The notes below the pieces were generated by a model. It had not been told where the DNA came from and did not search any database. It was given only the letters and a program-made list of their open reading frames with translations. A stretch of DNA of 64,000 bases from Squalus acanthias. Its lineage: Eukaryota. The number at the start of each line of letters is the position of its first letter. Within the stretch, counting starts at the first letter, position 1. A program made the translations under genes and the position numbers. The stretch covers positions 28,336,001 to 28,400,000 of the forward strand of contig CM059432.1 in the NCBI GenBank assembly GCA_030390025.1, written 5' to 3'. Shown here piece after piece: positions 24,607-37,371 of the stretch.

Positions 24607-26784
24607 CTGGAATTTAAAGAGTTAATTATAGGAACATTAGCAACATGAGTAGGCCATTCAGCTCCGCCATTCAATTAGATCAAGGTTGATCTGCACCTCA
24701 ACTCCATTTACCTGCTTTTGCTCCATATCCCTTGAGATGCTTACATAACAAAAATCTATCTATCTCAGACTTGAATGCTCCAATTGACCTAGCATCCACA
24801 GCCTTATGAGGAGAGAGATCCAAATTTCTACCACTGATTTTGTGAGTAAGTGGTTCTTGATTTCGCTCCTGAATGGCCTGGCTCTAATGTTAAGATTATG
24901 TTCCATTGATCTTGATTCTCCCCATCAATGGAAAATAGTTTCTCCGTATCCACACTATCAAAACCTTTTAACAGCTCCTGCAAATCTGGGTTGCAGTTGC
25001 ACAAAGACTCAAATCAAATCAATCAGTAGTAATACTGAAAAACGGTTCATTATATTCACGCATTTGTTCGCATACTGAAAAGCATTTTCTTTACAGTTAG
25101 GATCATTTGACAGTTGAGCAGAAATGCAAAAATGGCCATGGTTTTACAAGATCGCAAGATAGATATAAACGTGGGAAGGCTATTTGGCCCAACCTAACTC
25201 ATCCATCCAGAAAGAGCCTATAGTCTCCCTCTCAGCATCTGCTTCTTCAAAAATTCAGTTTTTGCCTCCACTAGCCAACCCAGAAATCCATACCAAGAGT
25301 TGATCACTCTTTGAGGTAAATTTTATGAGGGCCCACGCCTTCAGAAGGTCTTCACTTGCACCCATCCCACAGGGGAAAATCGAAGGCCACTGCCCATAAT
25401 TTTCCAGTATTCAATGACTGGTACAGGGTCTCGCACAATTTGCACGAAGAATGATTTCCTGCATTTAAATCTAAAGGTCAGAAATTTGACTTTCAATAGT
25501 TTTTGAACTATTGTTGGACTGCCTTGTTGGACTGTCATGGTTTAATCTGAAGTCGTGTTCTGGATTTGGCTTTTCAGGAATCTGGAGTGCACATTCGGTT
25601 GCGTGTGGTCTGAGAAGGTGCAGGATGAGAATGAGGATGTTCCATTCTTGTGGTAGAGCTTTTCACAGTTCAGTGTCCGGAAGTAAATAATGTTAATATA
25701 ATAGTGTTGGTGATAGTACAAAAAGTTATCGCTGCTGTACCAAAGGGGCCAGCACACAAAAATATACCAGTTTTACGTTAGAGGTAAGATAACATTTCTT
25801 TAATAGAGGTGTTCAAAATTATGAGGGTTTTGGTAGAGTAAATAAAGAGAAACTGTTTCCACTGGCAAGTGGGTCAGTAACCAGACGACACAGATTTAAG
25901 ATAATTGGCAAAAGAACAGGGATGGGAGGAAGATGAGTACAATTTTTTTAACGCAGCGGGATGTTATGATCTGGAACGCACTGTCTGAAAGTGTGATAGA
26001 AGCCGATTCAGTAGCAACTTTCAAAAGGGAATTAGATATATACTTGAAAGAAAACATTTGCAGGGCTGTGGGGAGAGAGCTGTGGAGTGGGACTAATTAG
26101 ATAGCTCTTTCAAAGAGCTGGTACAGGCATGATGAGCTGAATAGTCTCCTTCTGTGCTATATGATTATATGATTCAGAGTGATCTAATTAATGTGTTTAA
26201 AATGATAAAGGCTTTCAATAGGGTTGATACAGAAAAGCTATTTCCTCCGATGGTGGAATCAAGAACAAGAGGGCACAATCTTAAAATTAGAGCTCCAGAA
26301 TCTTCTAAACTCAAGGGAATATAAGCAAAGTCTATGCAACCTGTCCTCATAAGTTAACCCTTGAAACCCTGGTATCAATCTGGGGAATCTACTGTACACC
26401 CTCCAAGGTCAATATATCCTTCCTGATGTGCGGTGCCCAACATGAACACAGTACTCCAGGTGAGGTCTGACCAAGGCTCTGCACAACTGAACTATAACTT
26501 CCTTCCCTTTGAATTCCAGCCCCCTTGAGATAAAGGCAATTAGCATTTTAATTACTTTGTATAACTGTGCACGAGCTTTTAGTGATTTGTGTACTTGGAC
26601 ACTCAAATCCCTTTGCTCCTCCACACTTCCTAATCTCTCACCATTTAGACTATATTCCAATTTGTCTTTCTTGGATCCAAATTAGATGATCTCACACTTC
26701 CCCCCATTGAGTTCCATCTGTCACAGTTTTGCCCACTCACTCAATCTGCCTTTGTCTTTCTGTAACTTCCTGCTCCCATCTACA

Positions 26785-27080
26785 CGGGCAACACGGTGGC
26801 ATAGTGGTTAGCACTGTTGCCTCACAGCGCCAGGGACCCGGGATCGAATCCGGCCCCGGGTGACTGTCTGTGTGGAGTTTGCACATTCTCCCTGTGTCTG
26901 CGTGGGTTTCCTCCGGGTGCTCCGGTTTCCTCCCACAGTCCAAAAGATGTGCGGGTTTGGTTGATTTGGCTATGATAAATTGACCCTTAGTGTTAGGGGG
27001 ATTAAATACGTTGGGATATGTGTCGGTGCAGGCTCGATGGGCCGAAATGGCCTCTATCTGCATTGTGGGATTCTGTGATA
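26785..27080 (+). mobile_element. tRNA-derived V-SINE (HE1-like)
   Basis: Box A GGTGGCATAGTGG, box B-like GATCGAATCC, V-domain TGTGTGGAGTTTGCACATTCTCCC...GGGTTTCCTCCGGGTGCTCCGGTTTCCTCCCAC, CR1-like tail. Confidence 0.85.
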
Positions 27081-27086
27081 CACAAT

Positions 27087-27819
27087 GGCCTGAAAATTAG
27101 ACCTAATACGTAAGCGTACGCACTGTGTACTCTCGCGTTTTAGGTCTCCAATTGCCGGTTTCCTGCATGCGCGGGAAACCGGCACTTCGTGAATTCAAAA
27201 GGGGGCGGTTCCTAAGTGAACTGCATGCGCGCTACAGGCTGCGCGCACGCAGTGCACTTAGTGCTTTGAACGCGCAGGTAAGCATGGAAGATTTTACACA
27301 TAAAGAAAGGAGGCGTAAGACCCTCTTTTAACAAGGTAAGTAGTTAATTAAGTATTATTTTAAATTTTTTTCAACAGGTTTATCTTTTTTAGAGACTTTA
27401 AAGAAAGGTAAGTTTATTTTTATAACTTTTAAAAAGATTTTAAATTTTTTCAAAAATTTAATTTTTTGTTTAAAGTGGTTAATTTATTTAACTATACTTA
27501 TTTTATTAATGTGATGGCTTTTTTTTTTGTTTAATTGAGGTTTAGCTGTTCTTTTGGGGGTGTGTAGGATTCATAGCTTTGACAGCCCTTGCTGTTAAAA
27601 CTATGAATGAAAGATGGTGTGCTGCCATTGGCTCTAACTGAATCACGTGATCCCAGAGCTCGCACGAACTAATTGCGTCTCTGGGTCACGCAAGCACTGC
27701 ACAGCTGCAGCCTTGAAGCTAAAGTTCGTGTGGGCCCGGAGGAAAAAGGTAGGCGCGGAGTGAGATATCGCGGGGAAGCCTTACCCCCGCGTGAACACTC
27801 ATTGTTTAATTTCTGGGCC
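27087..27819. mobile_element. MITE-like element
   Basis: GGCCTGAAAATTA ... TAATTTCTGGGCC ends, AT-rich core; interrupts a CR1. Confidence 0.7.
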
Positions 27820-29226
27820 ATCGTATTGTGCCGCCTAACTGAGTGTCATCTGCAAACTTGGTCAGGAACATCACTTGTCACATCCTGCCAATCAGAGAAT
27901 TAACCCTTTTTCTCTACTCTCTGTCTCCTACCTCTCAACCAATTATCAACCCATGTCACAAGGCTTCCTCCAATTCCATGCTTTTTTTAGTTTTGCTAAT
28001 AATCATTTGTGCGGAACTTTATTAAATGCCTTCTGGAAGTCCATATAGACAACATCCTTAGGCACTCTAAAACTGAATTCAAATGATCAAACTGCCATGC
28101 TGAATTTGAACTCACGTTCTCTGGATTATTAATCTAGGGCACTGGATACTAGTCCAATAATAGAACCACTTTTCTACCATAACCCTTTTGATCTAGCTCG
28201 TTCTTAAATAGCCGAAACCACTTTTCTGACAACTATTGGCCACCCTCTGTGTAAAGAGATATTTCCTGTTATTTGTGTTGGATTTAGCACAAGTATGACT
28301 ATATTGGATCATACGTGATTTGCTTGGATTCCTGTTGGATTGGATATTTATCTCAACTTGGGTAAGGTGTTGGAGAGTTGCCACTGCCCATGGAACCAAT
28401 AGTTGTCATTGTATATAGATTGGAGGAGTAATTATTCTTTTCCCTTTGGTAACCTACTCCCAGTGGTAATTCTGTGGGTGCAATGTAGCCTAGTCTGAGT
28501 GAGCAACTTGTAGACCCTGATCTGACCCATCACCTGAATTACTACTTCAGAAGTTGAATTTGTTCAGCTGTGTTGTTCATGTATTATGACATCAAGGCGC
28601 CTACCATATCATAGAATCATTGAATGGTTACAGCACAGAAGTAGTTCATTTGGCCCGTTGAGCCCATGCCAGCTCTTTGCAAGAGCACTTCAGCTAGTCC
28701 CACTCCCCCGCCCTTTCCCTGTAGCCCTGCAAATCTTTTTCCTTCGGCTACTTATCCAACTCCCTTTTGAAAGCCACGATTGAGTCTGCCTCTACCACCC
28801 TTTCAGGCAGTGCATTCCAGATCCTAACCACTCGCTGCGTAAAAAGGTTTTTCCTCATGTCACCTTTGGTTCTTCTGCCAAACACCTTAAATCTGTGTCC
28901 TCTGGTTCTCGACCCTTCCGCCAATGGGAATAGTTTATCTCTATCTACTCTGTCTAGACCCCTCATGATTTTGAACACCTCTATCAAATCTCAACTTTCT
29001 CTGCTCTAAGGAGAACAACCCCAGCTTCTCTAGTCTATCCAAGTAGCTGAAGTCCCTCATCCCTGGAATCATTCTCATAAATCTTTTCTGTACCCTCTCT
29101 AAGGCTTTCACATCCTTCCTAAAGTGCGGTGCCAAGAATTGTACACAATACTCCAGTTGAGGCTGAACCAGTGTTTCATGAAGGTTCATTATAACTTCCT
29201 TTCTTTTGTACTCTATGCCTCTATTT

Positions 29227-31028
29227 GCCACGATGGACGTATCGGCACTCTACACCAGTATCCCCCACGATGACGGCATCGCTGCAACAGCCTCAGTACT
29301 CAACATCAACAACAGCCAATCTCCAGACGCCATCCTACAACTCATCCGCTTCATCCTTGACCACAATGTCTTCACCTTCGACAACCATTTTTTTACCCAA
29401 ACACACGGAACAGCCATGGGGACCAAATTCGCACCCCAATACGCCAACATCTTCATGCACAAGTTCGAGCAAGACTTCTTCGCTGCACAGGACCTCCAGC
29501 CAACGCTGTATACCAGATACATCGACGACATTTTCTTCCTTTGGACCCATGGCGAAGGATCACTGAAAAGATTACACGATAACATAAACATGTTCCATCC
29601 CACCATCAAACTCACCATGGACTACTCCTCAGAATCAGTCTCATTCCTGGACATACGAATCTCCATCAAAGACGGACACCTCAGCACTTCACTCTACCGC
29701 AAGCCCACGGACAACCTCACGATGCTCCACTTCTCCAGCTTCCACCCTAACCATGTTAAAGAAGCCATCCCCTATGGACAAGCCCTGCGAATACACAGGA
29801 TCTGCTCAGACGAGGAGGAACGCGATGGACACCTACGGACGCTGAAAAACGCCCTCGTAAGAACGGGATATGACGCTCGACTCATCGATCGACAGTTCCG
29901 ACGGGCCACAGCGAAAAATCGCATAGACCTCCTCAGAAGGCAAACACGGGACACAACCAACAGGGTACCCTACGTCGTCCAGTACTTCCCCGGAGCGGAG
30001 AAACTACGCCATGTTCTTCGCAGCCTTCAACATGTCATCGATGACGACAAACACCTCGCTAAGGCCATCCCCACGCCTCCACTACTTGCCTTCAAACAGC
30101 CGCCTAACCTCAGAAGTACCATCGTTCGCAGCAAATTACCCAGCTTTCAGGATAACAGCGACCACGACACCACACAACCCTGCCATGGAAAACTCTGCAA
30201 GACATGCCAGATCATCAACACAGATACCACCATCACACGTGAGGACACTACCCACCAGGTACATGGTACATACTCATGTGACTCGGCCAACGTTGTCTAC
30301 CTCATACGTTGCAGGAAAGAATGCACCGCGGCATGGTACATCGGCGAGACCATGCAGACACTGAGACAACGTATGAACGAGCACCGCGCAACAATCGCCA
30401 GGCAGGATTGTTACCTCCCAGTCGGGGAACACTTCAGCAGTCAAGGACATTCAGCCTCGGATCTGCGGGTAAGCGTTCTCCAAGGCAACCTTAGAAACAC
30501 ACGACAACGCAAAATCATCGAGCAGAAACTGATAGCCAAGTTCCGCACTCATGAAGATGGTCTCAATCGGGATCTTGGGTTTATGTCACGATACATGACG
30601 TGATCCGGACTCGAGTCGTCGTTCGCTTGTTCACAGATGTGATTCCCAGTAAAAAAGTAAAAATTTTCCCAGTAAAAAAGTAAAAAAACGTTAAAACTTT
30701 TCGTTTTACATACAGACGGCAGCTTTTGACACGTTAGAACCCCTGCGACTACACCTCATTGTCTCAGTTGTATCTTGCTATGTCTTTGATGTGGTACCTT
30801 CCTGGCTGACTTAATTAACTTTATCACACCTCGGCAGATAGTCAGGATGATTTAATTTATTGGTCTGCAATTGTAAAGTACACATGCTTTGTTTTCCATC
30901 TATATATGCTTTGGAGATTCTGTATCTAATTTACTTCACCTGAGGAAGGAGCAAATCGATAGCTCCGAAAGCTTGTGATTTCAAATAAAACTGTTGGACT
31001 ATAACCTGGTGTTGTGCGACCTCTCAAT
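29227..31028 (+). mobile_element. Penelope-like retroelement (Poseidon-type), 5'-truncated, RT + GIY-YIG endonuclease
   Basis: ORF 29206..30603: DVSALYTSIP, QTHGTAMG, YIDDIF RT motifs; CxxxxCxxC knuckle; VVYLIRC...YIGET...RMNEH GIY-YIG; flanked by TCTATTT duplication. Confidence 0.93.
30936..30978 (+). ncRNA. Minimal type-I hammerhead ribozyme motif in the PLE 3' region
   Basis: TCAC-CTGAGGA-A-GGAGC(aaatcgata)GCTCC-GAAA-GCTT-GTGA: both core boxes, stem II, stem I, palindromic AAGCTT stem III. Confidence 0.8.
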
Positions 31029-31136
31029 TCTATTTATAAAGCCCAGGATCCCGTACGCTTTTTTAACCGCTTTCTCAACGTGCCCTGCCACCTTCAACAA
31101 TTTATGCACATATACGCCAGGTCTCTCTGTTTATTT

Positions 31137-32640
31137 AAGAACATAGGAATAAACAAAATAGGAGGAGACCATACGGCCCCTTGAGCCTGCTCCGCCATTC
31201 AATAAGATCATGGCTGATCATCGACCTCAACTCCACTTTCCCGCCCGATCTCCATAGCCCTTGATTCCCCTAGAGTCCAAAAATGTATCTATCTATCTCA
31301 GCCTTGAATATACTCAAAGACTCAGCATCCACAGCCCTCTGGGGCAGAGAATTCCAAAGACTCACAACCCTCTGAGTGAAGAAATTCCTCCTCATCTTGG
31401 TCTTAAATGGTTACCCCTTATCCTGAGACTATGCCCCGTAGTTCTAGACACTCCAGCCAAGGGAAACAACCTCCCAGTATCTACCCTGTCAATCCCCTTC
31501 AGAATCTTATATGTTTCAATGAGATCACCTCTCATTCTTCTAAACTCCAGAGAGTATAGGCCCATTCTACACAATCTCTCATCATAGGACAGCCCTCTCA
31601 TCACAGGAATCAATCTAGTGAACCTTCGCTGCACCACCTCCAAGGCAAATATATCCTTCCTTAGATAAGGAGACCAAAACTGTGCACAGTACTCCAGGTG
31701 TGGTCTCACCAAGGCCCTGTACAATTGTAGCAAGACTTCCTTACTCTTATACTCCAACCCCCTTGCAATAAAGGCCAACAAGCCATTTGCCTTCCTTATT
31801 GCTTGCTGTACCTGTATGCTCGCTTTCTGTGTATCTTGCATGAGGACACCCAAATTTCTCTGAACAGCAACATTTAAAAAGTTTCTCACCATTTAAAAAA
31901 TATTCTGTTTTTCTATTCTCCCTACCAAAGTAAATAAACTCACATTTCCCTACATTATACTCCATCTGCCACCTTACTGCCCACTCACTTTGTCTATCTA
32001 TATCCCTTTGCAGACTCTTTGTGTTCTCCTCACAGCTGTCCCACCTAGCTTTGTATCATCAGCAAACTTGGATACATTACACTCGGTCCCTTCATCTAGG
32101 TCATTAATATAGATTGTAAGTAGCTGAGGCCCCAGCACTGATCCTTGTGGCAGCCCATTAGTTACAGCCTGCCAACCTGAAAAAGATCCATTTATCCCTA
32201 CTCTCTGTTTTCTGTCCGTTAACTAATCCTTTATCCATGCTACTATATTACCCCCAACTCCATGAGCCCTTTAGGATTGTACCTTTTAGATTATATTGCC
32301 TCTCCTCGTTCTTCCTACCAAAATGTATCACTTTGCACTTTTCTGCGTTAAATTTCATCTGCCACGTGTCCGCCCATTTCACTAGCCTATCTATGTCTTC
32401 TTGAAGTCTATCACTATCTTCCTCACTGTTCACTATACTTCCAAGTTTTGTGTCATCTGCAAATTTTGAAATTGTACCCTGTACAGTCCAAGTCATTAAT
32501 ATATATCAAGAAATGCAGTGGTCCTAGTACCGATCCCTGGGGAACACCACTGTATGTATACCTTCCTCCAGTCCAAAAAACAACCGTTCACCACTACTCT
32601 CTGTTTCCTGTCACTTAGCCAATTTCATATCCATGCTGGT
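31137..32640 (-). mobile_element. Two adjacent CR1 LINE fragments
   Basis: ORFs 31392..31892, 31747..31965, 32248..32496 with CR1 RT motifs; tail at about 31140. Confidence 0.88.
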
Positions 32641-34191
32641 TCTGGTCTTACCAGAATATAAATAAAAATCCATTGTGTAATAATAACAGTAATTTAAAGA
32701 TGTATTGCAAAGGGCCCTTAGTGGCTTAGAGGGCAAATACGCCACATGGTGCGGTAGAGAGCCATAAAGGACGTGAAATGAGGCAGCTGTGAGGAGATGT
32801 CACTGAGGTAAATGAAAAAAATAAGTGATATAGAAAAAGTAGATCCACAACTCTACTTCATGACAAACCATGACACTAGCTCGGAGGCACAGGTTCAAAC
32901 TAGCAAATGGCAAATTTAGGACTTATATCAGGATGTTCTTCTTCACACAAAAAGTGATCAACACATGGAATGGACTCCCATACAGATTAGTGGAGGCAAA
33001 AACACAGGAATCATTTGAGAAACAGTTGGATGATGTAATGGCAATCCTTGTCTAGCTGGATGAGCCAGAATAGACTGAGTCATCTTTCTCATCCGTATCT
33101 CCATTGAGATTGTGAGCAAGTTTCCAATTCAATTCCTGGTCTGTTCTCAGTTTAGTGATCTCAGCTGGATCATCAGATTCTGTGGCTCACTGCGTATTTG
33201 TGGATGTTCAGTAAGGATGGGATCAGGGTCAACCGTAATACTTCCCAAGGTGGAGTATTCTGCTGATAGTCACATATCTAGGCTTACACATGAAGAACGG
33301 TCACATGGGTAAGTGATCGAGTGCTGCTAGTGCCCATGGGACCCATGATCACTTCCATAGGGGGAGAAGAGAACAACTACTCCCCAATGATAATTCAGTG
33401 AAGAACTTACAGACCATGACTTGACCCATCACCTGAATCAAAGAATGCCTCACTCAGGAGTTGGGATTGTTAACATGATGGCCACCCAACACACCAGAAC
33501 AGCTCATGGATGGCGAATGGTGAAGACTCTTAGGAGTCAGAGAGTGAGGTAACTTCACCAGAAGTGCAATGGAAGTCCCCCGTAAGAGGGGGTTCTGCTG
33601 CACTTCCAGCGAAAGAAAGGATTTGCATTTATATAGCGCCTTTCACAACCTCGTCCCAAAGTGCTTTACAGCCAAAGAAGTACTTTCTGAAGTGTAGTCA
33701 CTGGTGTAATGTAGGAAATGCGGCAGCCAATTTGCACACAGCAAGGTCCCGCAAGCAGTAATGAGATAATAACCAGATCATCTGTTTTTGTAATGTTGGT
33801 TGAGGTATAAATATTAGCCAGGACACTGGAAGAACTCCCCTGCATTTCTTTGAATAGTGCCATGGGATCTTTTACATCCACATGAAAGGACAGACAGGGC
33901 CTCAGTTTAACGGCTCATCCAAAAGGTGGCACCTGTGACAGTGCAGCACTCCCTCGGTATTGCACTGAAGTGTCAGCTGAGATTATGTGCTCAAGTCTCT
34001 GGAGCAGGATTTGAACCCCCCCAACCTACTGACTCAGAGGCGAGCTTGTTACCACTGACACTTCAGTTGTGACAGAGGAGTGGGAGCAGCTCCAAGGAAA
34101 TTCCAGACCTCTGGAAATATGAAAATTATATCACATAAGTGTTATACAGTGGGTTGGGTAGTGGTAGATGAAACAATCAACAGATACTTAC

Positions 34192-34377
34192 CACAATCAG
34201 GTGCTCTTCCCTGCTGCCTTGTTCCAGATATCTCCTGTCCATTGGAATCTGTGCACCAACACTGACCCCCCTGCTGACACTGGACTGGCAGATAATTTCC
34301 ATTGTCGTCACATGAGGGAGTGAAGATATTGCCAAATGAGGAAGCTGTAAATCTCTCGATTTCACATTTTGTTGGGC
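34192..34377 (-). CDS. TG: Thyroglobulin exon 8 (PTKCEIERF...CWCTDSNGQEISGTRQQGRAPDCG)
   Basis: 186 nt, full type-1 repeat, AG/GTAAGT. Confidence 0.97.
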
Positions 34378-34694
34378 CTGTAACAAAGGGTAGATGTAAC
34401 AAAGATCTGAAGTTGAATCCAGAATGGCAAAGTATCAGTAACAAAATATTATGATTTGTTGTCTCTTTACTCTTTTGTTTCTCTTGATATTTTTGGTTTC
34501 TATGTGTCAGACTAATCTTGTAGGTGAGCCTTAACTCCTTATGTCCCACAGAGAGAATTTTCACTTGCCTATATATCTAGGTAAAATTCATAGAATGCTC
34601 AGGGAATGAACAAAGAACCGTCTTGAGTTTATTTCAGCTATTGGTTTTACCATGCACCTTGACATGATCCTGTTTTTGGAAGGTTACAGAATAA

Positions 34695-35218
34695 GGCCAT
34701 GAAATTCGGGAGCTAAATGGCATTCTAACCTTTGAAAATGGCAGAACGCAGCGCACGCTCATTACAAGCCAGAAGTGCGTTGCCCGCCATATTGGTGTAG
34801 GTAGATACGTTGATGTCAGGAGCACACATCCGATTTATGCTAAGGGCAGAATATGTTATTTAAATTAGGGTCCTGCGGTTCTTGTAGGACCCATTTTCGA
34901 TATTGGTGTGCCCCGGTGCATTACTCGCCACGTGCTGAACTCGCACAGTACAATGTGGCGCTAACTGATAGGAAGGCTCCATACCTACCTGAATGTGGAG
35001 CTGGGAGCAGCACTCCTTCTGACCCCACATTAAAAGATCGCCAGCTGCGACCTGATCTTCAGTTACGATTCGGCGGCAGCTCGCGCAGCTCGCCAGCTCC
35101 ATGGAAATGGGGCCCAAGGTCCAATATTAGGGCGCCTTGGGCCTCACCATTCAGGTGCAGGGTTTGTACCCTGCACTCCTCGCCTGCCCAAAAATGGGCG
35201 TGCCCAAATTCCTGGGCC
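34695..35218. mobile_element. MITE-like element
   Basis: GGCCATGAAATT ... AATTCCTGGGCC ends, flanks TAA/TAG. Confidence 0.65.
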
Positions 35219-36492
35219 TAGCACTCTGGTAGACTCTGACTTCAGCTTTCACTGCCCAACAAATTGATTGAACAGTAATAGTACAAGCAAATAGTAGCAC
35301 ACATACATAATTACGGTAGTTTTAAGCTTCGCTAGCTCCTCGAGTATTATAACATAATAAATAGTTTGCAATTAAACTATGCCAATGAATAATATTTCTA
35401 ATGTAGTCGCTTCTTGCTTTTTCTCACCATCTGTGCAAGCTGTCTGGCCTGACTATATTCACTCAAAGGTTTGAGACAGCCTCATTGATTTGGAAAAGAC
35501 AGGCAGATAAATGCCTTCAAAAAATTGTCGGGGACCCAGTGAATTTAAATAACAGTCTGTTCAGTTAAAAAAGAACTGCCAATCACAAATATATTTGGAC
35601 AAATACATACAAGATGATACAAAAGTATTGGAATTGAATAGGTTGGTGCTTCCATTGGGCATCTGTCCAACAATAACTACTGATTTGGCAACAAATGTAT
35701 AAAAAATGCGCTGGAACATTCTTCTGTGAGTGAGGCTGGTTTTAACCCCTTATGCACCACGGTGGAATTTCAATTTCAAACTCATATAAAATTAAATCTT
35801 ACACAAAATGCTTTGTTTTTGTCACAAGTAATAAGCATTTTTTTGGTGAATTTTGTGCTCATTAAAAGATGAAGGATGTTGGTGCTGGAGAATGGAACAC
35901 TTTCAATTTCAGGTATCCAGCATTAATAATCAGATTTGTTGATGCGCGCCTGTTTTACAGGCGTGATCTGGGTGTCTAAGTGTACAATACGGTGGGCGGC
36001 GTGCTTATGCACATTTTGTGTCAGAGGTGCACTGCCCGCCATATTGGTAAAGGTTGAAGTAAAGGTGTCCAGGGCCCATGCCTGAACAGGCGTTAGGCCC
36101 TTTGCATATGCAAATAGGGACCTATTGCCCATTTCAGGCCCCCTTCCCGAGTGCTCCTCCTGGCTCCACTGCAATGCCGAAGACTGCTGCTGGCACTGCC
36201 TTGGCCCCCACCCCAAAATCAATTCCCCTCTTGCCCTCTTCCCTCTCGATCGCCCCTCTCCCTCCCTCCCGATTGATTGAGTGAAAGATGGAGTGTTACT
36301 CTGCTTTGTGTCAGAGTAAAGTTGTGCTGCAGTTTGTTACCAATAAGAAGCTGAAAGAGTGAAATGTGAATATAGGTAGAAAAGTGGGTTTGAACGGACA
36401 ACCATCCTTGTAACCATATAATGAACAACTAATGGATAAGCGTACACAACAATATCTTGCATTTCTGTTGTGCTCCTCAGATAAAAGATAAT

Positions 36493-37371
36493 GGGGGAGA
36501 AATTTGGTATCGCCCCGTTTGGGGTGCAATTATCGGCCGGGCACAAAGTTTAGCGCCTGCCGCTAATTATCGCCGCTGACTGCAAACTTGGCTTCTATCG
36601 CCCCTGGAGGTGATTGGAGCGCTAAATCAGGCACTACACACCTGTCTTAAGGCGCAAACGCTGAGGAGTGAGGCGCTAACTCAGATTGCGGGCGAAGCTC
36701 ATGTGATGTCAGTCAGCAATGGAACACAGACACACTGGCGCCGGTCAGTTCTTAAAGGGGAGGGTCGATCTTGCTCTCCATCCACACCCTGCTCATTGCA
36801 GCCTTGAATCTCGGCCTGGAGAGACCTGTACATCAAATCTGCTGGAAAAAACAATGGAGAGGCCCAGGGAAAGAGCTCAGAGTGCAGCCCCCCAGAGTCT
36901 CTTCTAAATCGATGCAAGGAAGGTCAAATCAAAATGAACCTGCAAAGTGCTGCTCAGTATCCAAAACTCCTTCACACGGCATTGAATCTCTCCAGAAGTC
37001 TCTCTCTCTCTCTCAGAATGCGTGGTGCAAAAATGTCGCCAACAAAAAAAGGCAGGAAGCGGTCGCCTTTAAATAGCGCTCCCTCAGTCCCTTCCCGACT
37101 GCAAAACGCTCCCCTCAACCTGTTATTGCTAGCGGCAGACGGTAAGGCAGGGGGCGCCACACAATATCCAGTCCGGGGCGCTACTGGGGCGTTGCACGCT
37201 CGACTGACGTCACAATCTGCGAGCGCAGGAGATCGTGGCGGTAGTGTTTAGCGACGCCGCAAAATGTCTGGTCAATTTCGTGAGCTGCGCAAACATCGCC
37301 GCGTCTGGTTAGTTGCTTTGCGCCCTCTTAGGGCGCTAATGGGAGGTACTAAGCAACCAAATTTTCCCCCC
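36493..37371. mobile_element. MITE, inverted near-identical copy of 12233-13124
   Basis: TIR GGGGGAGAAATTTGGT/ACCAAATTTTCCCCCC, AAT duplication; spurious ORFs mirror those at 12366-12918. Confidence 0.85.

Larger units (their letters stand above)
25800..28060. mobile_element. Cluster of CR1 fragments in both orientations, interrupted by a SINE and a MITE
   Basis: CR1 3' end (+) 25800-26172; short (+) piece to about 26295; (-) CR1 RT 26295-26783 resuming at about 27825-28060. Confidence 0.8.
28610..31130 (-). mobile_element. CR1 LINE split by the Penelope-like insertion
   Basis: ORFs 28748..28987 and 28941..29231; CR1 text resumes at 31029 (TATTTATAAAGCCCAGG). Confidence 0.88.

Noticed and set aside
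29206..29226. Start codon for a complete PLE protein
   Set aside because: These codons derive from the antisense CR1 flank; the RT N-terminus is missing
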